A stretch of 64,000 nt of DNA from Eledone cirrhosa (taxonomy: Eukaryota). Below, in pieces: positions 39,071 to 56,554 of this stretch. The stretch spans positions 245,024,001 through 245,088,000 of the forward strand of contig OZ024740.1 of NCBI GenBank assembly GCA_964016885.1, read 5' to 3'. Below the pieces are notes generated by a model. It was given only the letters and a program-made list of their open reading frames with translations. It had not been told where the DNA came from and did no database searches. The position numbers and the translations under genes were made by a program. Position 1 is the stretch's first letter; every line of letters begins with the position of its first letter.

Positions 39071-42000
39071 TCTCTCTCTCTCTATATATATATATATCTA
39101 TTTATATATATATATATATGTATATGTATATAAGAAAACACAAGGTCAAGTGACAACGACTTTGTGCTAAACTTGACAGGTAAATAATGAATCGATATTT
39201 TTTCTCCCAACCTCTCTCTTTCTCACAGTGTTGTCAAGATACCCAGTTGTCATGCAGTTATCTATAGCTATCGACCTATATTCGAACAATAAAAACATCT
39301 ATCTATTTACCTAACTATCTATCTACCAATCTATCAGTCTCTCTAACAATTCGTCTGTCTATCTGTCTGTTTACCTATTTCTGTATCTATCTATCTGCTG
39401 ATCGCTATATATATGTCTATCTGTCTTTCCCTATATCTCTTTACCTACCTACCTTCCTTCCTACGTGCCTACCTACCTATCTATATATCTATTTATCAAC
39501 CTACCTATCTATTTACCTACCTACCTACCGACATACCTACCTGTTCATCTATGAATCACCCTACCTACTTCTCTATCTATCTCTGTCTGACTCTCAATTT
39601 ATAGTTATCTATTTATGTATATTTACCAATGTATTTATTTTCGGATAAAAACAACAATAACAACAACAAATCCCGTATCCCAATAGCAGTCCAAAATTAT
39701 ATAGATTGATAGAGAAAGATATATGTTTTATAATGATTAAGTAAAATTTGGAAGAATTTATCGTAATTGATTTAAATGAAATTTAAAATCCAATATGTTG
39801 GTAGTCAGACTGACAAGATGGAGGAAGCCAAAGAAAAACGAGGATTCAATTATCTTTACGTAAACTGTTGTAATCAAGGAATTATTGAATTCTATTGGCT
39901 TTTACTATAATTCCACTCATTCTTGACGAGTAATATGCTAGATTCAAATTATAAACAATATATGGGACGGTCTTCCAGGTAATTTCCAGTCACTGTAGAA
40001 GGCACATTCTGATGGTGCTGCGTAGTGGGATAGAACGCAAACCCACGTGGTTTAGAAGCGAACCTCTTAACCAAGTGCCTGTTCTATGCACATATATTTG
40101 ATATAAGAATTGTCAAGCCAACAAGGGAACCTCCACGTGGTTGCTCAACTTGCTAGAAAAAAGCAGTCAAATTTCCTCATATCACACACCCCACTGCCGT
40201 GAAAAAAATGGAAAAGGCGTATTAGATAAAATAGTCTTAAATACTCCGAAAAGGGTTGGAATGATTTTGGTCATAGGTCCGCTTAATCAGGTAGAGAATC
40301 GATGAAAGAAATAGTGTTTTGTGGTATTTGCTCCAGCTCCAACAACTTCGCCTTTCATCCTTAAAAAGTTGATAAAATAGGGCGGTAGAATAAGCAAATT
40401 ACTAGAGCATTGTACTAGATGTCTTGCAGTATTTTACGTTCTGAGTGGGATAGAGTTAATATGGCACCCTATTAAACACCATCACCGTGTCTTTGAGTGC
40501 CTTTAGCCAAGTCAACTTTGTTGCAAGCATTCGGAGCAGTTCTTCCGCTCTCTCACCAGTCTTGGAAGCCTTGTAAATGGCCATGGGCATTGTCCTTCTC
40601 TCCCTGGTTAAACAATAGAAAAAAATATCAAGTCTAATAGGGCTAAAATGTAAGAACAACAACAGATATTAAAAACCTAGTTCAAGGGTGAATGAATTCA
40701 ACTATGCAATGTTAAACTAAACAAACTAGTTAATAATGTGATCTTTGCTCATTGTGTTTCGCTCGCCATTGACATACTTTCACAAATATCTTATCAATGT
40801 TTGTGTTGTTCTATAAATAAGCTTACACTTCATGTAATGTTATTTATTCATTTTGAAGCTATTTGTCAGTTGTTTAGTTTTCCATATCAATTAAACCTCC
40901 ATAACAGCAGCGGGTCAGTTTCATTATCTTTTCTTTTACAGTGCAAAAAACGGTGGTGAATTGACAGAGTCGTAATGATGTCGGATGCTCTGAAATTCTT
41001 TTCCTCTTAAGGTCGACAAATGAAGTACTAACCTCTTCTTCTGCCACCATGAAGGGTTGAATAACTTTCGTAATTCTTCTTCTTCTTCTTCTTCTTCTTC
41101 TTCTTCTTCTTCTTCTTCTTCTTCTTCTTCTTCTTCTTCTTCTTCTTCTTCTTCTTCTTCTTCTTCATCTCTGTAGAGGAAATTGACTGTGGGACAGACT
41201 GTCGATTGGGAGAATCATTAGAGCGTTGAGTATACTTTGCGATAACTGTTCTGGCTCTTTGCGTTTTGAGTTCAAGTCCTAAGATCAACTTTGCCTATCA
41301 TCAAGAATTGGGTCGTCGTTTCCGCCTCTCTCAGAATCGGATAAATTGCATTTTGAAGGAATCGTGGAGAACCGCTCTCAAAGAAATTGGCATGGTTTTC
41401 TTAGCAAAGCATAGACTTCACTACGCCATTGGGCAAGTATATTCCCCGGGTAAATAATGTTGTTATCGCTTAGCTTCGTTAGTCAGCCCTGGTTAAACTA
41501 ACATATGAACAAAGACATTTCTGCTATGGCCATCTGTCTCATATTTGTTTTTGTTTTTTTGGCAATTTTTTTGCTTGTTTGTTTTTCGGGCAATATACCT
41601 CGAACTACATTATCCAGTGTACCCTTATTTTTTTTTATGTGATGACAGTTTGTGATTCGAAAGTAATGTAATTTGATGCTATCATTAACAAACTGAGTGA
41701 CCAATTAGAGATTTTTTTTAATATGGTTGTGGTGATCATCATTGTTGTAGATTCTGTTGTTTAATCCCAGATCAGGTCAAATGAAATTGAACTATGGTGA
41801 AAGATGGTCCAGTCATGAAAACCTAGTTGTTTCATAGACATTGGCACTATTATATAACACATCCTTTTCTTAAGATGGTCGTGTGTGATTTAAGGGAGAT
41901 TTATCTTTTCCTAGCGGACCAAACGGCCAGGTAGAATATTCCTCTTTGGAGTGACTTGAACGTTATGAAGATAAAGGAGATAACAGAAAAAAATGGGCAG

Positions 42001-42354
42001 ACGTCATTGAAGAACACATAAATATGATCAGTGAATGTACAAGGTAAATGAGTAACAGTATTCATTATGATGATGATATTATGGTTCCTTGACTAAGTAA
42101 TTTACCTTGATCACGTAGGAAATGAAACATATAAACCACAATAAAACAAAGCCGCTATGTTACTAATTTATTAAATATTACTTTCGCCGAAGTTATACGA
42201 TGATACATGAAGAACAAATAACCACAGATAAATTGTGTGATGTTATCTATCGGGATGATGCGTATGCGTGTTTGCTTGCAAACGTATTATTAAAAATATA
42301 TTTACTAAACTTCTGTTGATGGGATGAATTTCGCTGCCGACAGAGAGAGAGAGA

Positions 42355-42476
<122 letters not shown>

Positions 42477-42687
42477 CACAGGGTCTGTGTAAAGCAGTGG
42501 ACTACATTTTAACTGCTAGGAATCAACTCTACAACTGTCCTTTCTGACTCTGGGAGCAGACTATTTATGAATATGCCTTCCTTTGTCTCCGAGACCTGAG
42601 AACAAACAGATGGCCCTTTGTATGTAAAAGGAACTCTATTGAAAAGAGTATCAAATTACTGCTACACACACACAAACATATATATAT

Positions 42688-43001
42688 ATTAACAATATTA
42701 ATAAATGGAAAATGTCTTTACAAAAGCATATTTATTTTATTATACGTATTTCAAGGGTACTAATATTTAAGTACGCTTTCGTCAGATAAAATATAATATT
42801 TGGTGTTAAGATAGTGACATATCTTCATGTGAACTTAATGGGCTTATACCATTAAATTACATGAAGATATGTCACTATCTTAACACCAAATATTATATCT
42901 CATATGACGAAAGCGTACTTAAATATTAATACCCTTGAAATACGTATAATAAAATAAATATGGTTTTGTAAAGACATTTTCCATTTATTAATATTGTTAA
43001 T
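42688..43001. mobile_element. Fold-back mini-element, ~143-bp arms
   Basis: 42688-42830 inverted at 42859-43001 with several mismatches. Confidence 0.9.
42734..42792 (-). ncRNA. Canonical-core minimal type-I hammerhead ribozyme
   Basis: attttat-CTGACGA-aagcgtact..agtaccctt-GAAA-tacgta-TA-ataaaat; degraded plus-strand copy ~42897-42955. Confidence 0.8.
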
Positions 43002-43089
43002 GCTAATGATACTCCAGATAAATATTGTAAATTGCTTCTAATCTGTTGTAAAATTAACTTTGTTGAATAAACAAACCATATAACTCATT

Positions 43090-43700
43090 CAACAAGAAGT
43101 CTCAGACCCCCTTTGACGTCAGCATGGGAGCGAGTGATTCGGCTGAAATAAGCGACCTCGTGGGCCTGTACATTGAAGAACCTATTTACTGGCCTCACCG
43201 GAGGTTTATACCGAGACGGCGACCTCTTCGCCTTGCACAAGGTTAACCCCAGAACCACTGATAGATTTCGGAGAAACTTAAGCTCGTTCTTCCGTAATCT
43301 AAGATTTAGTTTAACTATAGAATCTAATATGACTAGGGCCAGCTTTTTAGATGTCACCCTCGACCTAGATACTTCCCTCTATTACCCGTACCACAAACCT
43401 AACGAGTTCCCTAGATATATTAATGTTAATTCTAACCACCCCAAAAACATCACTGATAACTTAGTAAAAAGCGTCTCAATTAGAATCTCCGGCCTCTCGG
43501 CCAATGAAGATATATTCATCACCTCCGCCTCCTACTACAATGACGCCTTCGCCCGCAGCGGATTTAAAGAAAAGATAACTTACCTAGAAACCACCGCAAG
43601 AATACCTAGGAGGAATAGGCATAGGCAGAGTAGTTGGGACAACCCCCCCCCCCCTTCAATAGAGAGGTCTCTACACCTATAGCTAGGACTTTCTTCACTT
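43090..43700 (+). pseudogene. PLE RT fragment related to family A
   Basis: FDVSMGASDSAE, GGLYRDGD, SFLDVTLDL..YYPYHKPN..YINVNSNHP; homologous to ORF 52544-54466. Confidence 0.85.
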
Positions 43701-43726
43701 TGCATGTTTATATATATATGTATATG

Positions 43727-43797
<71 letters not shown>

Positions 43798-43896
43798 GTG
43801 TGTGTATGTATGTATTTATATATATGTATATATTTGTATATTTGTGTTTTTATTTATATATATATATCTGTGTATGTACATATGTATATGTATAAA

Positions 43897-43949
<53 letters not shown>

Positions 43950-44145
43950 GTTTATATGTATATATATATGTATAGATTTGGATATATGTGTGTGTATGTG
44001 TGTTTGTGTGTATTTACTTATATATTTATGTATGTATGAGTGTATGTATGTGTCTATTTGTATGTGTATGCATGTATATATATATATATATATATATATA
44101 GTGACGAAACATAAGTCAATTGCATGAACTCATAATCCTTTATTT

Positions 44146-44201
44146 ACTGCTATATATATTTCGATGATAGCCATTGAATGGCTATGTCCTCATCAGCCAG
44201 T
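44146..44201 (-). ncRNA. Minimal type-I hammerhead ribozyme (related to family C)
   Basis: actgg-CTGATGA-g..atagcca ttcaa tggctat..c-GAAA-tatata-TA-gcagt. Confidence 0.7.
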
Positions 44202-44891
44202 TAGTCAGTTCTTATATATGCCAGTTCTGTGTGTAGTGTTGATGGTATCAGAGCCTTGGGACATATGAGCTTGTTAGGAATAATTTAATGTTGTCAGCAG
44301 GAATAATCTTGATTCTCATTGGTCAGTTTGTAGGTGCCAGTAGGGCTGGTATTTGACCTCAAAGAGGCAGGTGGTGTTGTAAAGTTCAAACCATCAGGCA
44401 AGATGACAATAGTTCCATATGACTAATTTTCACAAAAAGCATTCCTGGTCAGATATATATTCAATTAAGGTTAATAGTATGAAATAGATACTACAGGTCA
44501 TTCTTAAATTGAGGGATGCATGTGGAGTGGTGCTACTGAAATTTATGGTTGGAGTAGAAAATTTACAAATAAAAATACTTATGCAGGTTCGCTTGCACAT
44601 ACACTCACACCCACCGCCATAGTCACACACACACACATCCACACATACAAATTGAGGAACTAATGTGGGGTGGTAATACTTAAAATAATGGTTAGAGTCA
44701 AATACTTAGATAGTTTAGAAAATTTAGAAATAAAAAGACTTATGTTGGTTGACTTGTACATACACTCACACATACCCCCTCAGACACATACACCTCTACA
44801 CAGGTGTGTATATATATATATGTACGCACAAGTGCATATATATATACAACAGAGGCCCCCATATGTATGTATATATATATATGTATCAACT

Positions 44892-45292
44892 ATTGATTGA
44901 CATATAAATAAACACATGAAACAATCACAGGGGATAATTTGTAAAAGTGTGTAAGCACACATAGCTAGGTAGGTAACTAAATGAAGTTTAACTAGAACTT
45001 CAAAAATAGATACCTTATAAAATGATTAATCTTCTTTGTATATATTCCCTTAAAGAAATATATTTCACCAATTAATCGATTGGACCTGGCTACTGTCGTT
45101 TACCAATCGATTAATTGGTGAAATATATTTCTTTAAGGGAATATATACAAGGAAGATTAATCATTTTATAAGGTATCTATTTTTGAAGCTCTAGTTAAAC
45201 TTTATTTAGTTACCTACCTAGCTATGTGTGCTTACACACTTTTACAAATTATCCCCTGTGATTGTTTCATATGTTTATTTATGTCAATCAAT
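44892..45292. mobile_element. Fold-back mini-element, ~190-bp arms (related single arm ~4295-4420)
   Basis: 44892-45083 inverted at 45103-45292. Confidence 0.9.
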
Positions 45293-45427
45293 TTCTAGTT
45301 GATATAAAATGCTCGGATCTATTCATTAGAATCTTGGAGCATATTTTACGGGTGATATGGCGCATGTCTATCCGGCATGACACCCTTAATTTAATTTAAT
45401 TTAATTTAATTTAATTTATCTTAATTT

Positions 45428-45486
<59 letters not shown>

Positions 45487-45490
45487 GTAC

Positions 45491-45530
<40 letters not shown>

Positions 45531-45713
45531 ATGTGTATGTATATATGTATATATGTATATGTATATGTGTGTACTGTATATGTATGTATATATATATATA
45601 TGTGTATATGGATATGTATATATATGTATGTATATGTATGTATATATATATATGCATATATGTGTAAGTGCATGTGTGTATGCGCGTGTATATACGTGTA
45701 TATATATATATAA

Positions 45714-46200
45714 ATTACGAGAAGAATTAATACTGCGTGGTTGCACATGGGTTACATATGATAAAAATAGTCCTTCGTCAGTGATTTTTCAACCTTCATT
45801 GGTATTTCATCGCTTTGAAAATCATATACCTCCGGTTGGTGCGAGCAATAGCTAAATAAAGCTATTGGGACAAGTAAATCGCGTAAAGCGAGCGAGACAG
45901 TAAACAACAAGGAAGGATAGCAACGCAAAGATAGGAAAAAACATGCAGCATGGGGATCCGGTCAGCTTAAGCTGGGTGGATTTCATGAGCGGGAGAAATA
46001 CAGACCGTCCGACGGGAGTGAGATGTGAGCAAGAAGAGAACCCACTACAGGCCAAACGGGAGGAAGTGAGAAGGGGAGAAACAGAGAGTGAATGAGTGGA
46101 AGTGCGAGGAAGAGGCTAGTCGAGAGAAAGTGTAACTGACAGAGGGGGGCGAAATATATGAACAGAGAACAAAAAACACGATGCAGCACAAATGATATGG
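45714..46200 (-). repeat. Family P copy
   Basis: Reverse complement matches 15790-15985 and 1770-1968. Confidence 0.75.
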
Positions 46201-46411
46201 TTATATATATATGTGTGTGTGTGTATGTATGTATATGTATGTGTTTGTGCATGTATATGTGTGTGTACGTGTGTATGTATATATGTATGTGTGTACGTAT
46301 GAATATATATATACGTGTGTGTGTGCGTGTGTATGCATGAGAGCGTGTGTGTGTGAGCGTGTATATATATATATATGTATATATGTGTATATATATATAT
46401 ATATATATAGA

Positions 46412-47160
<749 letters not shown>

Positions 47161-47873
47161 GCGTATGCATGTACACATATGTATGTATATGTGTACGTAT
47201 ATATTTGTATATATGTATGTGTGTATGTGCCATTATGTATGTTACGTCCCTTTACGTCCCTTTACGATCTGAGTTCAAATCCCGCCGAGGTTGACTTTGC
47301 CTTTCATCCTTACGGGGTCGATAAAATAAAGTACCAGTAATGCACTGGGAAATTGCTGGCCTTGAGCCTAAAGTAGAAACAATTATGTATGTTTGTTGTG
47401 TGTGTGCCTGCCTGTGTGCGTGTATGTGTGTGTACGTGTGTAAGTGGGCGAGTGTATGAATGTGCTTGTCGACACCTGGAATATATATTAAGTGAAACTT
47501 CACAATAAGGGGGTTCATCCCAACACTTGAATCTGTTGAAGGAACCCTTTCTGCCTTTGTCACCCTTATTTCAGCCTTAAAGAATTAGCTTCTAATGAAT
47601 TTCCCTTTTCTTTAAACCATTGAACCCCACCCATCCTGTAGACACCTGTCTTACAGGCATTGTTAGTCTAAGTGATAAACTAGGATTGGTATTCCAATTT
47701 TGATTTTGTTTACAGTATTCTTCCTGCCTTTGTTAATACTATAGCTTTAAAGAATTAACTTTTAATGAACTCCCTTTTCTTTAAATCCTTCAACCAATGA
47801 CCTCCACCCATCCCAACCCCCACCCTCTCCTACCACCAGAAAAGGAAAGATACTACCACTTATTTGGATAGCC

Positions 47874-47924
47874 AGCTTCCTGGTGATTTCTCACGAATGA
47901 AACAGTTCTAGTCCTGTAGAAGCT
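47874..47924 (+). ncRNA. Type-I HHR family D (this copy CTGGTGA; relatives ~9950-9992 minus, ~18034-18078, fold-back 48161-48268 with TGATGA)
   Basis: agcttc-CTGGTGA-tttc tcac gaat-GAAA-cag ttctagtc ctg-TA-gaagct. Confidence 0.65.
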
Positions 47925-47939
47925 CTTCTGTATTAAAAC

Positions 47940-48070
<131 letters not shown>

Positions 48071-49148
48071 AGTAAATTCCCGAAGAGGATCGGAAGGTCA
48101 CCAAAATTAAAGAAGATACTCAAAACGTTGGTAGAGTATAAGCATCTTTATTTTATATAGAAATGACTTCTACAAGGCTAGAACTGTTTCATTCCTTCAT
48201 TCCTATGAAATCATCAGGAGTGATGATTTCATACGAATGAAACCGTTCTAGTCCTGTAGAAGTCATTTATATGAAAGCTATCACCACAGTATCTTCTCAA
48301 CCACATCAGTTCTATCAGTCAGTGGTAGAGGCTAGCACCACAGTACCTTCTTCTTAACATAAACCGTAAGATCACGGCTATATCCCAATGTACGACATCT
48401 TGGTAAAGTGTCATTTATTATATCTTCGGATTGACCTGAGTCTTCTGATCGAAATTGGGTAGATGTAGCATATCTGGAAGCCCTCTCAGAGACTGTACTT
48501 CAAATTTCAAAGTGCCAGCCTTATCAAACGCCGTGTCACGCTGAATCTCCCTGCGAATTAGGTTCATGGTATACGTATGTATGGAATGCTCAGCTATTTG
48601 CTCGCTAATTTCACGAGCAGGCTGTTCCATTGAGAAAACAACTGCAACATTCATCGTCGAAACCGGTGGAGGTCCATTTCGTTTCGAATGCCATCACTCT
48701 GGTTGATACCGTATACAATGTAGCTTCATTTATTTCAATTGTGTAAATATTCGTAAAGGAATAAACGTTGGCATTGTTTCTGACTAGATTTATTCACTAG
48801 ATTTCATCACTAGATTTATCAACATTACTATCATCATCATCATTGCCATCACAATCAAGATCAATTTCAGCAGCATGACAATTACCTGCAACAGCAACAC
48901 CATTATCACAATCAGCATCCCCCATACCCATCTCCACCATTGCATCCCTATTACAATCAACATTGCCACTACCACCGACCTCATCACTATAGCTATCATC
49001 ATTATCACCATAGCCATCACAATCATCACCAGCATGTTTACTACCAACAGTATTTCTACTGTTATTCACTACTAATGTCACACTAAGTAAAAGTCATATG
49101 TATGTATTGTGTATATATTATATATATTATATATATATATATATATAC

Positions 49149-49232
<84 letters not shown>

Positions 49233-49252
49233 GTATATATATATATATACAA

Positions 49253-49320
<68 letters not shown>

Positions 49321-49348
49321 GTATATATATATATATATATATATACAA

Positions 49349-49461
<113 letters not shown>

Positions 49462-49624
49462 TATAATATATATATATATATATTATATATATATTATATA
49501 TATATATATGCATTTGTATATATATATACATTTATATATATATATATATATATATAAATGTATATATATATAAATGTATATATATATAAATGTATATATA
49601 TATATATAAATGTATATATATATC

Positions 49625-49679
<55 letters not shown>

Positions 49680-49714
49680 AATGTATATATATATATATAT
49701 ATATATACATTTGA

Positions 49715-49787
<73 letters not shown>

Positions 49788-50452
49788 CGGTGTGAGCGTG
49801 TATTTATGTATGTATTATGTGCATAAATGCACACACATACACTCACGCACACATGTAACTAATCATTGAAGGAGTGACTTCTTGTAAATATACTTTAATT
49901 GTCGAAATATTTATATCACAAATGACTTTTCAAACAGTGAATCATCCGACAAATATGTTAATATTCCTCTCATCAAGTATTATTACATTCTATATTGATG
50001 TCTTTGTACGTTTGGAGTGTGTGTGTGTGTGCGTGTGTGTGTGGGGGGGGGGGGGTGCTCAATACCAAAGTAGTAAATATATATTCATTATATTAGTGGA
50101 TTGGCAGTATCGGTAGAGGGTCGGACGCCATGCTCTCCAGCATAGTTACGTCCCTTTACGATCTGAGTTCAAATCCCGCCGAGGTTGACTTTGCCTTTCA
50201 TCCTAACGGGGTCGATAAAATAAAGTACCAGTAATGTACTGGGTAATTTCTGGCCTTGTGCCAAAAGTAGAAATAATTATATTACTAAGTTTACTCTCTG
50301 TTGCTACTCTAAGTTTCGCGGATTGCCGCTGAATAAACAACCATTATATTTGTCATGTAAACATCATTCTCATTTGCTTGATCAGCGGCAATCTGCGAAA
50401 TACGAGATTGAAATAGAGAGTAATATAATATAGTATAGTATAATATGATATA

Positions 50453-54620
<4,168 letters not shown>

Positions 54621-54624
54621 ATAT

Positions 54625-55738
54625 ATATTTAACCATTCTGTTGAGATCTTTAATTCGATTTGTGATATTTTGCATTCTCGCAATAATACACAACTGAATC
54701 ATTCGCTTAATAGAGGTGTTACCTCCCTTGCTGAATCCCACGAGGGGTCAGTAATAGCTACACTATCTATAGCATATTGGAGCAAAACCCGTTGAAAACA
54801 CGACTGCCTTGTTCATCATCTCACCAGAAGCCCAACATTCTTTATGTAGGCGGACAGTACCTGATTTGGAGTCGCAGAAACCAATACTGGATTTTACCAT
54901 CAGTCCAGGGTCAAAAGAGCGGGAAAGTATCAACACATATATTTTTATTGTTTAACCCGAATTACTTGGTCGTTTTGATTTTGGCTGTGCGGATGATATG
55001 TTTAACCATCATCTCAGTGTGTTTGGCCCTTAACGTATGTTGTAGCTCTGATTCATATGATTCATCGAGCGCTTGCCACACATATCGGACGTTGATTTTC
55101 GTTAATTCCTGAGCTGAAAACGATTCTCGCTAATTTATATTTGTATTAATCTCCAGAGTCTAGCTATTGAGCAGTTAATTTTATTGATTTTTTTCAGTTA
55201 CATATATTGACTGTTGAATGGCTCTGTTATATTTAACCATTCTGTTGAGAGCTTTAATTCGATTTGTGATATTTTGCATTCTCGCAATAATACACAACTG
55301 AATCATTCGCTTAATAGAGGTGTTACCTCCCTTGCTGAATCCCACGAGGGGTCAGTAATAGCTACACTATCTATAGCATATTGGAGCAAAACCCGTTGAA
55401 AACACGACTGCCTTGTTCATCATCTCACCAGAAGCCCAACATTCTTTATGTAGGCGGACAGTACCTGATTTGGAGTCGCAGAAACCAATACTGGATTTTA
55501 CCATCAGTCCAGGGTCCGGGAAAGTATCAACACATATATTTTTATTGTTTGACCCGAATTACTTGGTCGTTTTGATTTTGGCTGTGCGGATGATATGTTT
55601 AACCATCATCTCAGTGTGTTTGGCCCTTAACGTATGTTGTAGCTCTGATTCATATGATTCATCGAGCGCTTGCCACACATATCGGACGTTGATTTTCGTT
55701 AATTCCTGAGCTGAAAACGATTCTCGCTAATTTATATT

Positions 55739-55743
<5 letters not shown>
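54625..55743. repeat. Tandem duplication of ~520 bp (54625-55146 and 55229-55743)
   Basis: Near-identical blocks atatttaaccattctg...aatttatatttgtat. Confidence 0.92.
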
Positions 55744-55820
<77 letters not shown>

Positions 55821-55823
<3 letters not shown>

Positions 55824-56530
55824 AGATTTGAATGGATACAGTTTAGTTGAAAGGAATTTATTGACACGTGTTTCTATAACAGTTACATAACCTAAAACAG
55901 CTGCTATCTACAAACTTTTAGTTATGCAGACATTCAATATTTCAATGTTATTATTTACTGTCATTTCATCATAATAATATTACTGAGGACCTATTTAGTT
56001 TTTATAGAGAATATTAGGAGGGAGGGGTGAAGTTGTTAGAAGAATAGTTGAAGGAGTGGTTTTTCGATATCAGTGAGAATTCTTGGTGGCAGTGAGTAAT
56101 TAGATTCCCATCTGTTGTTTTGACATTTTTTATAGAATATATTATTGGTTATTTTTCTAAATCTAGAGAAGGATTAGAGATAGTAAAGATATGCGTGGTT
56201 GGTTTTGTGTTTGCAGTTAATTAACATTCAGACTTAAATTTTTCTTTCAAGTGTACGTATCCTTTCACCCACGCATTCACACACAAATATATTTGCACAC
56301 CTCTACAAAATACATATACTCACATTCACATAGTAACATGTTCATACTTACATACATATACACATGCATACATATATATATACACATATGTATTCATGTA
56401 CATACATACGCGTTCATGTGTATACATTTTCATACTCAACTTATCTTTATATACACACGTATAGACACACACATATATACATACATACTCTAGTCTATGT
56501 GTACATATATACATATACATACACATCTAT
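55821..56530 (-). mobile_element. Inverted PLE 3' terminal arm with HHR-like motif at 55858-55977
   Basis: 56064-56530 is the reverse complement of ~63540-64000; ttatt-ATGATGA-aatgacag..ctgttata-GAAA-cacgtg-TC-aataa. Confidence 0.75.
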
Positions 56531-56554
56531 ATATATATATATATATATATACAT

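Noticed and set aside
48418-48654. 78-aa ORF as a host exon
   Set aside because: Overlaps a dispersed repeat also seen at ~28985-29075; no recognisable domain
48790-49081. Met/Val/Ile-rich or Asp-rich ORFs
   Set aside because: Degenerate (CAT/CAC)n low-complexity tract
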